From Octopus sinensis (lineage: Eukaryota): a stretch of 64,000 nt of DNA. The notes beneath the pieces were generated by a model, which had not been told where the DNA came from, made no database searches, and was given only the letters and a program-made list of their open reading frames with translations. Shown piece after piece: positions 53,470-64,000 of the stretch. The DNA is taken from contig NC_043022.1 of assembly GCF_006345805.1 (NCBI RefSeq), forward strand, positions 25,172,001-25,236,000, given 5' to 3'. Position 1 is the first letter of the stretch, and every line of letters starts with the position of its first letter. The position numbers were made by a program, and so were the translations under genes.

Positions 53470-53772
53470 TAAAGACCTCTTTCGGTCATGAATTACCATG
53501 GGATTGCACCTAGAAAGTTACCCTCCCAGGCACAAGTCAGGGCAAGGTTGTTTGTGAAAGGCCAGCAGTCACCCATGCATACAGGCCTCTCCTCTCCACA
53601 CCACTGATGCTATCCAAGGGAAGGGCAAAGAGGTCAATACAGCTTGGCACCAGTTGCATCACAACTCATTTCTACAGCCGAGCCAACTGGAGCAACGTGA
53701 AATAAAGTGTCTTGCTCAAGAACACAACACACAGCCTGGTCTGGGAATCGAACTCACTGGGAATCGAACTCT
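53470..53772 (-). mobile_element. SINE family F
   Basis: Minus strand: gagttcgattccc B box, gttcttgagcaagacactttatttcacgttgctccag block shared with 2473-2584, and a distinct 3' tail. Confidence 0.7.
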
Positions 53773-53951
53773 AATATACACACATATATAAGATCCTTAG
53801 GTCTTATCTTTACATATATATAAGTGCAGATGTGGCTGTGTGGTAAGAAACTTGCTTCCTAACCACAGGGTTTTGGGTTCAGTCCCACTGTCTGGAACCT
53901 TGGGCAAGTGTCTTCTACTACAGTCTTGGTTATGTATATATATATATATAT

Positions 53952-54149
53952 AAATGTGACCACGTGTGTACTGTTGGCGATGTTTTTCCTCCGTCTTCCC
54001 TTCTTTGGATCTTTCCTTTTCCTATGTTTCTGACGAAGAGCTCTGCTTGAAACGTTAATCCTTCTTTCCTGAGCGTCCAATAATACTATACTTGTTCCAT
54101 GTCCTCGCGTTGTTGTGTTTTCTCTTTGTGTTTTCATGTTTGGATTAAC
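53952..54149 (+). mobile_element. Penelope-like short element flanked by (TA)n
   Basis: Pyrimidine-rich ~200-bp unit with a hammerhead motif and the conserved ttcctgagcg..taatac block. Confidence 0.75.
54026..54060 (+). ncRNA. Minimal type I hammerhead ribozyme motif (canonical core)
   Basis: ttt CTGACGA a GAGC tct GCTT GAAAC GTT aa: CUGANGA core, stem II, GAAA, palindromic ACGU stem III, GUH cleavage triplet. Stem I is partly decayed. Confidence 0.7.
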
Positions 54150-54523
54150 TATATATATATATATATATATCTGTGTGTGTGTGTGTGTTGTGTTGTGTGT
54201 GTGTGTGTGTGTGGTGTGTGTGTGTGTGGTGTGTGTGTGTGTGTGGGGTGTGTGTTTGTTTATACCCCGTTACCACTTTGATATCCAGTGTTGGTGTGCT
54301 TACATCCTCATAACTTAGTGGTTCAGCAAAAGAGATCAATCGAGGTTTGTGGGGGTGGGATATAGTCGATTAAATTGAACCCGGTACTTTACTGGTACTT
54401 TATTTTATCAGCCTTGAGCAGATGAAAGGCAAAGTTGACTGCAGCAGGATTAGAACTTGGAATGTAAGCAGCTGCTATAAAATACCACAAGGTATTTTTG
54501 TCTGGCATTAATAATTGTGTTAA

Positions 54524-54744
54524 CCCTTTAGCATTTAAACCAGCCATATCTGGCCAAAAGTATTCTGCCTGTTTTATGGTCAAACTGGCCAGATCTGGTC
54601 TCTCACACCAACCCTACAATATCATTTTAAAAATTAACAGCTACCTCATCAAAATCTCATAGTTATAAAATAATGCATGATTAGTTCAAAAGAATGTGGA
54701 TAAAAAAGGATTAATTTTGGCAAAATAATGCGAACACTAAAGGC
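54524..54744. mobile_element. piggyBac-like MITE (second copy), next to or within a decayed SINE B
   Basis: TTAA|CCCTTTAG ... CTAAAGGC|TTAA; reverse-complement homolog of 43146-43363. Confidence 0.8.
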
Positions 54745-55150
54745 TTAATCCACCATCAGCAGCAATGACAACTTGCAGAACCTGTGAAAATTCCACAGTG
54801 TAAGTCAGCATATTTAAAAATACTATGTTAATATATTAAACACAAGTAAGAAATTTCAAAGATTTTCTTTGAAAATTATGTTATTTAATCAATACTTTAT
54901 TCTAAAATATAATTGAAATAAATTTAGAAGGTGTTGCTTATTTCCCTTTTTTTAATATACTAAACAGATGTGATGTGTTTTGTTGTTTAAGAAAATAAGA
55001 GATGATTTAAAAATAAGAAGTTAGATCTCATTTGTATGTATAAAAAAAACTACACTCTTTTTTTTCGAACCATCACCAAGATTCATCAAAGTTATTTACC
55101 GATTGAGATTATTTTCATTTCTTTTCTGTTCAGCCACATATCACTTTGTA

Positions 55151-55560
55151 TCATCATCATCATCATCATCATCATCATCGTTTAACGTCCGTTTTCCATG
55201 CTAGCATGGGTTGGATGGTTCAACTGGGGTTTGGGAAGCCAGAAGGCTGCGCCAGGCCCAGTCTGATCTGGCAGTGTTTCTACGGCTGGATGCCCTTCCT
55301 AACGCCAACCACTCCGTGAGTGTAGTGGGTGCTTTTTACGTGCCACCAGCACAGGTGCCAGACGTGGCTAGCAAACGGCCACAATCGGATGGTGCTTTTT
55401 ACGTGCCACCAGCACGGGGTCCAGGCGAGGCTGGCAACGGCCACAATCGGATGGTGCATTTTACATGCCACTGGCACGGAGGCCAGTCGGGGCGGCACTG
55501 GCAACAGCCACGTTCGGATGGTTCTCTTATGTGCCATCGGCACTGGTATCACAGCTACAA
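55151..55560 (-). mobile_element. Retroposon family D
   Basis: Colinear with 44093-44498. Confidence 0.85.
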
Positions 55561-55904
55561 TTTCCATACCTGTCAGTATCACTTCCATTGTTGTTGTTGT
55601 TATCATGATGATGATCATCATCATCATCATCACCATCACCATTTAATGTTTGTTATCCTTGGGTACGATGATTTGACAGGAACTGGCAAGTCAGGTGACT
55701 GCACCAAGCTCTACTTTCTGTTTTAGCATGGTTTCCATCACTGGATACCCTTCCTAATGCCAACCACTTTACAAAGTGTACTGGGTACTTTTTGATATGG
55801 CACTAACAGTAGTGAAGTCACCCAGAAACTTGCAGGACAAGACACCCCCTCAATAAGGGGTATAGTACTGAAGACTTGCATTAGAAGAGAAACATGGCTG
55901 CTTC

Positions 55905-56023
55905 ATGAAGGAATGAAAGGCTGAGTTGACCTTGGTGGAGTTTGAAATCGGAGCATAAAGTCGGATGAAATGCCACTAAGCATTTTGCCTAATGTGCTAA
56001 CAATTTTGCCAGATTGCTGCCTT
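55905..56023 (-). mobile_element. SINE family B head (CpG-decayed)
   Basis: atgaaaggctgagttgaccttggtggagtttgaaatc...gtgctaacaattttgccagattgctgcctt. Confidence 0.7.
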
Positions 56024-56158
56024 AATAATAATAATAATAATAATAATAGTAATAATAATAGTAATAATAATAATAATAATAATGATGATGATGATGATGA
56101 TATAATAATAATGATGATGACGATAGTGATGATAATAATAAGAGCAATGATAATAATA

Positions 56159-56193
<35 letters not shown>

Positions 56194-56245
56194 GATAATA
56201 ATAATAATAGTAATAATGATAATAATGATAATAATAATAATAGTA

Positions 56246-56277
<32 letters not shown>

Positions 56278-56813
56278 AATAATAATAGTGCTAATAATAA
56301 TAATAATAGTAATGATAATAATAATAGTAATAATAATAATAGTGGTTAGTATGAATGGTAGAGATGGGGAATGCATAGTGGTGGCAGTGAAATCTGTATG
56401 ATAACGGAGGGCGTTGGTGGTATAAATGGATGGTGATAGTGGTGGTGGTGGTGGTGGTGATAGTAGCGAGGTGAGTTGCAGTGGTAGTTATGGTGGTGGT
56501 GGTGGTGGTGGTAGGGATGATGAGCAGTGGGTGAAAAGAGAAAGATAGGGAAATAGTGTGTGTGTGTGTGTGTGTGGCTGGGTGGGGTGGGTAGCGTGGA
56601 GGAAAGACTCCTTCCTCATATGGGAAAATAGTGGATGTAGAGGGTTGGAATCGGGATGGGAGTGGAGGGTATCTCTCTCACCACTACCACCACACACACA
56701 CACACACACCACCACCACCATTTATTGACCGACTGGGTGTTGATTTCCTTCAGATCAATAATCTGTCCATGCATTATTGAAAGCTTGCAAACTAAGCTTG
56801 GAGAGTTAAATTA

Positions 56814-56860
<47 letters not shown>

Positions 56861-57109
56861 TCTCCTCTCTTTCTCTCACCTTCTCTTTATTTCTCTCTCT
56901 CTCTCTTTCTTCATTTGCTCTCTTTAAATCAACTCTGTTTGGGTGATTGGTCTTTCAAACTGTTCCATATGGTTGCTGCTGCTACTGCTGCTGTTGGTCT
57001 TCATGCTAATGTTGTAGTGATTGTTGTTGCCGTCAATGGTGTTATTTTTGTTGTTGTCGAATATGATGATGATGATGATGAGGCAGTGACTACAATTATG
57101 AGCATGTTT

Positions 57110-57140
<31 letters not shown>

Positions 57141-57569
57141 GTTGGTGGTGTGGTGGTGGTGGTGGTGGTTGTGGTGGCGGCAGCGGTATCGGTCATAATA
57201 GCAGTGTGGTTATTGGTAGAATGGTGATCAAGGTAATGACGATGATGATGACGGTGATGATGATGACGATGATGATGATGATGATGATGATGATGGCATC
57301 AACTGTCATAGTGGTTGTGCCAGCAATGAAAACAGTGATTGTGATTGTGATGTCACTGATGATGATGATGATGATGACGACGGCTGTGGTATTAGTACAG
57401 TGGTGGTGGGTGATAGTGTTGGTATTAATAAATTGTTCATGATGATGATGATGATGATGATGATGGTTAATGGTGGTGGTAGTAGTGGCAGTGATGGTGA
57501 TGATTTGAGGTAGCTTTAGTAAGTGATGACAGCAACAACAATGATGACGAATATGACAAGGGCAGCGAT

Positions 57570-58104
57570 GGTTATAATGATGATGGTAGCGTTGGAAGTG
57601 GTGGGCATGTTATTGACAACGATGATGATGATGGTAGTGTTAGAAGTGGTAGTCATGTTGTTATTGATGATGATGATGATGGTAGTGTCAGAAGTGGTGC
57701 TAATGTTATTGATGATGATGATGATGGTAGCATTAAAAGTGGTGGTCATGTTATCTGATGATGACGATGATGATGGTAGTGTTAGAAATGGTGCTAATGT
57801 TATTGATGATAATGATGGATGATGATGATGATGATGGTCAGAAGTGGTACTAATGTTATTGATGATGATGATGATGGTAGTGTCAGAAGTGGTGCTAATG
57901 TTATTGATGATGATGATGGTAGCATTAAAAGTGGTGGTCATGTTATTTGATGATGACTATGATGATGATGATGATGGTAGTGTTAGAAGTGGTGCTAATG
58001 TTATTGATGATGATGATGATGATGGTAGCATTAGAAGTGGTGGTCATGTTATTGATGATAATGATGATGATGATGATGATGGTCAGAAGTGGTACTAATG
58101 TTAT

Positions 58105-58139
<35 letters not shown>

Positions 58140-58190
58140 GTAGTGTTAGAAGCGGTGCTAATGTTATTGATGATGATGATGATGATGATA
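57570..58190. repeat. Minisatellite of (ATG)n + gtagtgttagaagtggtgctaatgttattg units (~40-45 bp)
   Basis: Recurrent agaagtggtgctaatgttattgatgatg motif with a variable ATG count. Confidence 0.9.
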
Positions 58191-58486
58191 GTGGCGATGA
58201 CGATTGGAATAATGGTTATGGCTAGGTATGTGATTGATCTGGTGGCGTTGTATGTTGAGAAGTATTTTGTATTTTTTTCCCCTAGAATGTTGTTGTTGTT
58301 CTTCTTCTTCTTTTGGGGCTTTTATTTTGTTTATTTCCAGCCAAGATATTAAAGCTTCAGTGTGGAACATAAAACATATTATTACCACTTAGTTGTTGGT
58401 GTTATACTATCACCACCATCATCATCATAATCATCATTTTCACTGCTACTGTCATGGGCATGATGGTGAAGATGCTGCTGCTGCTG

Positions 58487-58517
<31 letters not shown>

Positions 58518-58674
58518 ACATCACCATCATTACTCTAATCCCCCCTACACCACACACACCGCACCCCATCCATGTGCTGTCCTTGTCCTTGTATTCCAGT
58601 TTATTGTCATGTCCTTTTGAAATTAATATGAAATTCCTTCACATCTAATTTATATTTGTTTGTATGTGTGCTCT

Positions 58675-58676
58675 CC

Positions 58677-58722
<46 letters not shown>

Positions 58723-58753
58723 GTTGTTATTATTATTATTATTATTATTATTA

Positions 58754-58786
<33 letters not shown>

Positions 58787-58836
58787 TATTATTATTATTA
58801 TTTATATTTTTACTATTGTTGTTGTTACTATTATTA

Positions 58837-58867
<31 letters not shown>

Positions 58868-58916
58868 TTATATTATAATATTATTATTATTATTATTATT
58901 ATTATCATTATTATTA

Positions 58917-58951
<35 letters not shown>

Positions 58952-58955
58952 GTTG

Positions 58956-58986
<31 letters not shown>

Positions 58987-59023
58987 CATCATCATCATCA
59001 TCATCATCACATCATCATCATTA

Positions 59024-59067
<44 letters not shown>

Positions 59068-59106
59068 TATTATTATTATTGTTGTATTATTATTATTATC
59101 ACATCA

Positions 59107-59169
<63 letters not shown>

Positions 59170-59211
59170 TATTATTGTTGTTATTATTATTATTATTATC
59201 ATCATTATTAA

Positions 59212-59308
<97 letters not shown>

Positions 59309-59318
59309 GTCGTCGTCG

Positions 59319-59354
<36 letters not shown>

Positions 59355-59379
59355 TTTATATTATTATATCACATCATCA

Positions 59380-59410
<31 letters not shown>

Positions 59411-59433
59411 TGTTGTTGTTGTGTTGTTGTTGT

Positions 59434-59466
<33 letters not shown>

Positions 59467-59496
59467 GTTGTTGTTGTTGTTATTATTATTATTATT

Positions 59497-59579
<83 letters not shown>

Positions 59580-59602
59580 TATTATTATTATTATTATTAT
59601 CA

Positions 59603-59650
<48 letters not shown>

Positions 59651-59684
59651 TCATCAATCATCATTATTATTATATTATTATATT

Positions 59685-59716
<32 letters not shown>

Positions 59717-59787
59717 TCATCATCATCAATCATCATCATCATCATCATCATCAGCATCATCATCCATCATCATCAATCATCATTATT

Positions 59788-59818
<31 letters not shown>

Positions 59819-59835
59819 ATCATCATCAATCATCA

Positions 59836-59880
<45 letters not shown>

Positions 59881-59881
59881 A

Positions 59882-59938
<57 letters not shown>

Positions 59939-59961
59939 GATATTATTATTATTATTATTAT

Positions 59962-59999
<38 letters not shown>

Positions 60000-60107
60000 T
60001 ATTATTATTGTTGTATTATTATTATTATTTTATTATCCCATCATCATCATCATCAGCATCACATCATCATCATCATTATTATTATTATTATTATTGTTGG
60101 TATTATT

Positions 60108-60148
<41 letters not shown>

Positions 60149-60168
60149 TATTATTATTATTATTGTTG

Positions 60169-60199
<31 letters not shown>

Positions 60200-60388
60200 C
60201 ATCATCACATCATCATCATCAATCATCATCATCATTATTATTATTATTATTGTTGTTATTATTATTATTATTATTATTATTGATCATCATCAATCATCAT
60301 CATCATCATCATCATCTCATCATCATTATTATTATTATTATTATATTATTATTATTATTATTGTTGTTATTATTATTTTATTATTATT

Positions 60389-60423
<35 letters not shown>

Positions 60424-60590
60424 TATTAGTATTATTATTGTTGTATTATTATTATATTATTATTATATCATCATCCATCATCAATCATCATCTCATCATC
60501 ATCATTATTATGAGTATTATTATTTTACTATTGGTGTTTTACTAATTATTATTATTATTATTATTATATATTATTATTATTATTATTTTA
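58675..60590. repeat. ~1.9-kb patchwork of (ATT)n/(ATC)n/(GTT)n/(GTC)n trinucleotide runs
   Basis: Direct reading; produces the spurious 629-aa and 539-aa ORFs. Confidence 0.95.
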
Positions 60591-60788
60591 TTTTTTACCT
60601 CTATTATATTGTTATTATTATTTGCTTCCATTGCCCCTCCTCCTCCTCCTACTTGTCTTGTTTTTCGAAAAATATTTTGTTTGGTTTTGTTTTTTTCTGA
60701 TGCTCGAGAAATTTCAATGCTGAACATCTACATTTTTAATTCATCTTATCTTTGCATTTCAAAAGACACACGCACACACACAAACGCG

Positions 60789-60845
<57 letters not shown>

Positions 60846-60972
60846 GCACATGCTCACATACACTCACACACATATACAAATGCACACACACACATGTATG
60901 TGTTAGTCTCTTTTACTATCAAGTGCTAATTGTCTGCCTGTTTTTTCCCCCACTCACTGTATCACCATGTCA

Positions 60973-61003
<31 letters not shown>

Positions 61004-61157
61004 GTCTCTCATTATATTCTGTCACTTTTCATTCTCTTCCCTGTCTTCTTACTCTCTCCTTTTCTCTTACATGCTCATAGACATGATAGTTATCCTGTTG
61101 AATCTTTTGTCTGACTTCAGATTCACTGGTGTCTCAGGTTAAGCGCTTGTATATATA

Positions 61158-61515
61158 ACATCATCATCATTGTTCGACCGTGGTCGAGACAATGGAATTT
61201 ACTATGTTACGCCAGACTTCACGGTCCATCATAGCATTACGGAGGTCCTGTTGCTGGATGCCTGTATCCCTGGAGATTACATCAGGGTAGGAGAGTGTGC
61301 ACCCTCTGGTATTGCGAGCAGATGGCTTCCAGAGGAGAAAAGTAGAAATTGCCTCGTTTTCAGCTCTACACAATGTTCCACAAACTGGACCTTCTACCTT
61401 TCATAAGAGATGATACAGGTGGTAGTTTCCCATATATTGTACTTCGGTTGGATGACGCTTCCACGAGAGATTTTGAGCTCTCATAAGGAGGCGAGTGTAA
61501 GTTCCATCCAACTGC
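61158..61515 (-). mobile_element. 3' fragment of an RTE-clade LINE with (TGA)n tail
   Basis: Minus strand YTRLLMRAQNLSWKRHPT, then a frameshift, then HCxRAENEAISTFLLWKP...YPDVISRDTG...AMMDREVWR, typical of RTE ORF C-termini. The stop runs into tgatgatg. Confidence 0.85.
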
Positions 61516-62178
61516 CTCTCAACAGATATAACAGATGAAGATTTTCCCTGTCATCATAATTTCAATCTTCACTTTTCCATGCTTACTTTGGCTTCGCTGG
61601 AATTTGTAGAAGTGTATTTTTTTAATGATGAGATGCCCTTCCTAACCTGAACCCAGTTGCCACCTGTTTCCAAGTTAGGTAATATTTTCCCAACAATGTA
61701 CCTACTTTCAACAGTTATTACTGTCTCATCAGGTGTATCTCCAGACATTCATGATACAAAGATGGCAAGCGACTCACTGCTTGCATGTCTCTAACCACTT
61801 CGTTTTAGTTGAGCTCCATTTTAGGTTCCCCTGTACGGAGGGCTTTGCGCTTGGAGCGCTGGGTCTATTTGCACAGCACAGTTGTATGTAAGTTTATTAG
61901 ATAGATATGAATGTGAACTTGTTTCCCAATGTATTTATGCATACACCATCTCAGTACTTTCATTTAGTTAAATAATAGTCATACATAAATACATACATAT
62001 ATGTATATTGTGTCTCTAAAATATGTAACATATATGTATGTATGTAATATTATCTATATATATATATATATATAATATATATTTATTTTATAGAAGGAGC
62101 TTCTATAAAATAAATAATTTACTCTGCTATGTATTGAGTACCTTATTTACTGTGTTTACCCCGACTCAACCCGGGCCC

Positions 62179-62231
<53 letters not shown>

Positions 62232-62323
62232 ATATATATATATATATATTATATATATGTATGTATTGCTTGCATACATACATGTGTGTGTGTATGTGTG
62301 TATTACATATATCTATATATATA

Positions 62324-62447
62324 TAGGCTCGAAACGTTAAAGACTTGTTTTATTTATATTTCCTTCCTGAGCGCCATACTAATACAATTGTTCATTTGTT
62401 TTCCACCTGCCTTCGTCTTTTGTGTTTATTTTCATAAGCTTCCCGTT
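62324..62447 (+). mobile_element. 5'-truncated Penelope-like element (3' half of the hammerhead motif)
   Basis: taggctcGAAACGTTaaagac...ttcctgagcgccatactaatac...cttcccg between (TA)n runs. Confidence 0.7.
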
Positions 62448-63644
62448 ATATATATATATATATAATATATATTATATATTATATAATATATATTTGTATC
62501 ATTGTCCTCAATCAACTACAGCTGATTGTTACTTTATTTTGTTTTATTCTGTGTTTTACCTTTGTACTAATATTTTTTTCTGTATGTAACACATATATAA
62601 ACACAATTTAGTATGTATAATATAGATATGTGTATGTGTATATGTATATTGATAAAAATGGTAAAACAACAAAAGAAAGAAAGAGACCTCAATATTATGT
62701 AAATAGAGGAATTTATCTGTAAATATAATATGTGACAATTATTTGGTATCCATGATAAAACTCCCAGTTTCGGATGCCGAGATGGAAATCCATGCCAACA
62801 TCTCTTCAGTCATCCGGCCATCGGAAAAAATGCTATGGAAAATGACCGTCATACAAAGGGAAATTACTGTGTGATTGACCATTATTAAGACAAAAAAAGC
62901 TATTTGAATGACCGCTAAGTGAGGGGAGGGAGTAAGGGGGGTAAAAAGGTTCATAGTATTCGTGCAAGCGCGTATGTTCATACCTACATTTTGATTGGGT
63001 AAGAGGCTTTGCAAAAACTAAAGTGAAAGGATCTTATTGGTCGACCATACAAGTGGTACGCAGAAAATAAAATATTTCATTATAAAAATATTAAAGTATA
63101 TAAAAAGATAAAGGGAGATGTATATGGAGAGGGTATATATGTTAATTAGATAAAGAAAAGAAAGGAAGCAAAAAAAAAAAAAAAGAAAGCATAGAAGGAA
63201 AAGGTAAAAGAAAAAAATAAGGGAAGAAAAGAAAGAAAAAGAATGGGATTTGAGCAAAGAAGACCTGAATTGATATGAAGACGTCTACAAAACATGGAAG
63301 ACACATTATTATAATAAGCAAGTATGTAACACATATAAAAGACTAAGTGAATATATGAATATATATGACAGTCTTCATGTATATTCATATATCCACATAT
63401 TTTTATGTCTCCCACACTTGCTTATTATTATAGGATGTTCTCCATATTTTCCGTGTGTCTTTATACTGAGTGATTCCACTCTTTATATCAATCTCTCTCT
63501 CTCTCTCTCTCTCTCTCATTCTCTTTCGTCTACACCTTTCTGTTGTAACTTCCCTACTTTATATGTATGCCTCTTTATTTTTTCTGCTATACTATATATA
63601 CATTCATATATATATATATATATATAAATTTCTATACACATAAT

Positions 63645-63679
<35 letters not shown>

Positions 63680-63716
63680 ACCACCCACACACATATATAA
63701 TATATATATAAATACA

Positions 63717-63790
<74 letters not shown>

Positions 63791-63812
63791 ATATATATAT
63801 ATATATATATAC

Positions 63813-64000
63813 AGATGCCATGATAGATCGTTAGCCACTATACACATTTTTTTCTCTCCTTGTTTCTCTCTCTCTCCTTGTTTTTTTTCTTCTGTGTCCC
63901 TCTCTGTAGAAGAGCGTAGGCTCGAAACGTAACAGACTTTTTCTATTCCTGAGCGTTATACTAATACATTTGTTTGTTTTGTACACCACCTGTTTCTGTC
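63813..64000 (+). mobile_element. Penelope-like short element with a hammerhead motif (63896-63937); runs off the window
   Basis: gtccc tct CTGTAGA a GAGC gtag GCTC GAAAC GTA acagac. Preceded by (TA)n; homologous to 36120-36300. Confidence 0.78.

Larger units (their letters stand above)
53824..54335 (+). mobile_element. SINE family A interrupted at its internal (TA)n by a hammerhead-bearing element
   Basis: Head at 53824-53930 and second half at about 54260-54335 flank the 53952-54149 insert. Confidence 0.75.

Noticed and set aside
58656-60545. 629-aa and 539-aa ORFs
   Set aside because: Pure trinucleotide mosaics giving homopolymer peptides; open only because the repeats lack stops on this strand.
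62739-63014. 91-aa minus ORF in unique sequence
   Set aside because: TTG start, no recognisable domain, no splice signals.

Overview
Repeat-saturated, AT-rich animal DNA. The SINE families and the (TA)n/(CA)n/(AAT)n/(ATC)n load suggest Octopus or another cephalopod, but this is inference. There is one well-supported coding exon: a 667-bp minus-strand Eph receptor tyrosine kinase exon (10086-9420) encoding most of the ephrin ligand-binding domain plus the sushi-like Cys-rich module, with canonical splice sites. I could not locate the other Eph exons. The rest consists of several SINE families, 3' fragments of three LINE types, mariner/Tc1 and piggyBac-like MITEs, tandem repeats and a 100-N gap (37936-38035). 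Nearly all other ORFs in the track are microsatellite artefacts. Most interesting observations: (1) four (TA)n-embedded Penelope-like elements carrying minimal type I hammerhead ribozyme motifs, two with a non-canonical CUGUAGA core and all with a second conserved downstream block; (2) a LINE/SINE pair sharing a 3' stem-loop with compensatory changes; (3) an (AAT)n-targeted retroposon; (4) SINE copies whose tail loops back into their own interior; (5) a switch from CpG-intact to CpG-decayed repeats across the gap; (6) an orphan signal-peptide ORF behind a C/EBP-ETS-CCAAT motif cluster. Repeat coordinates were read by eye and are approximate.
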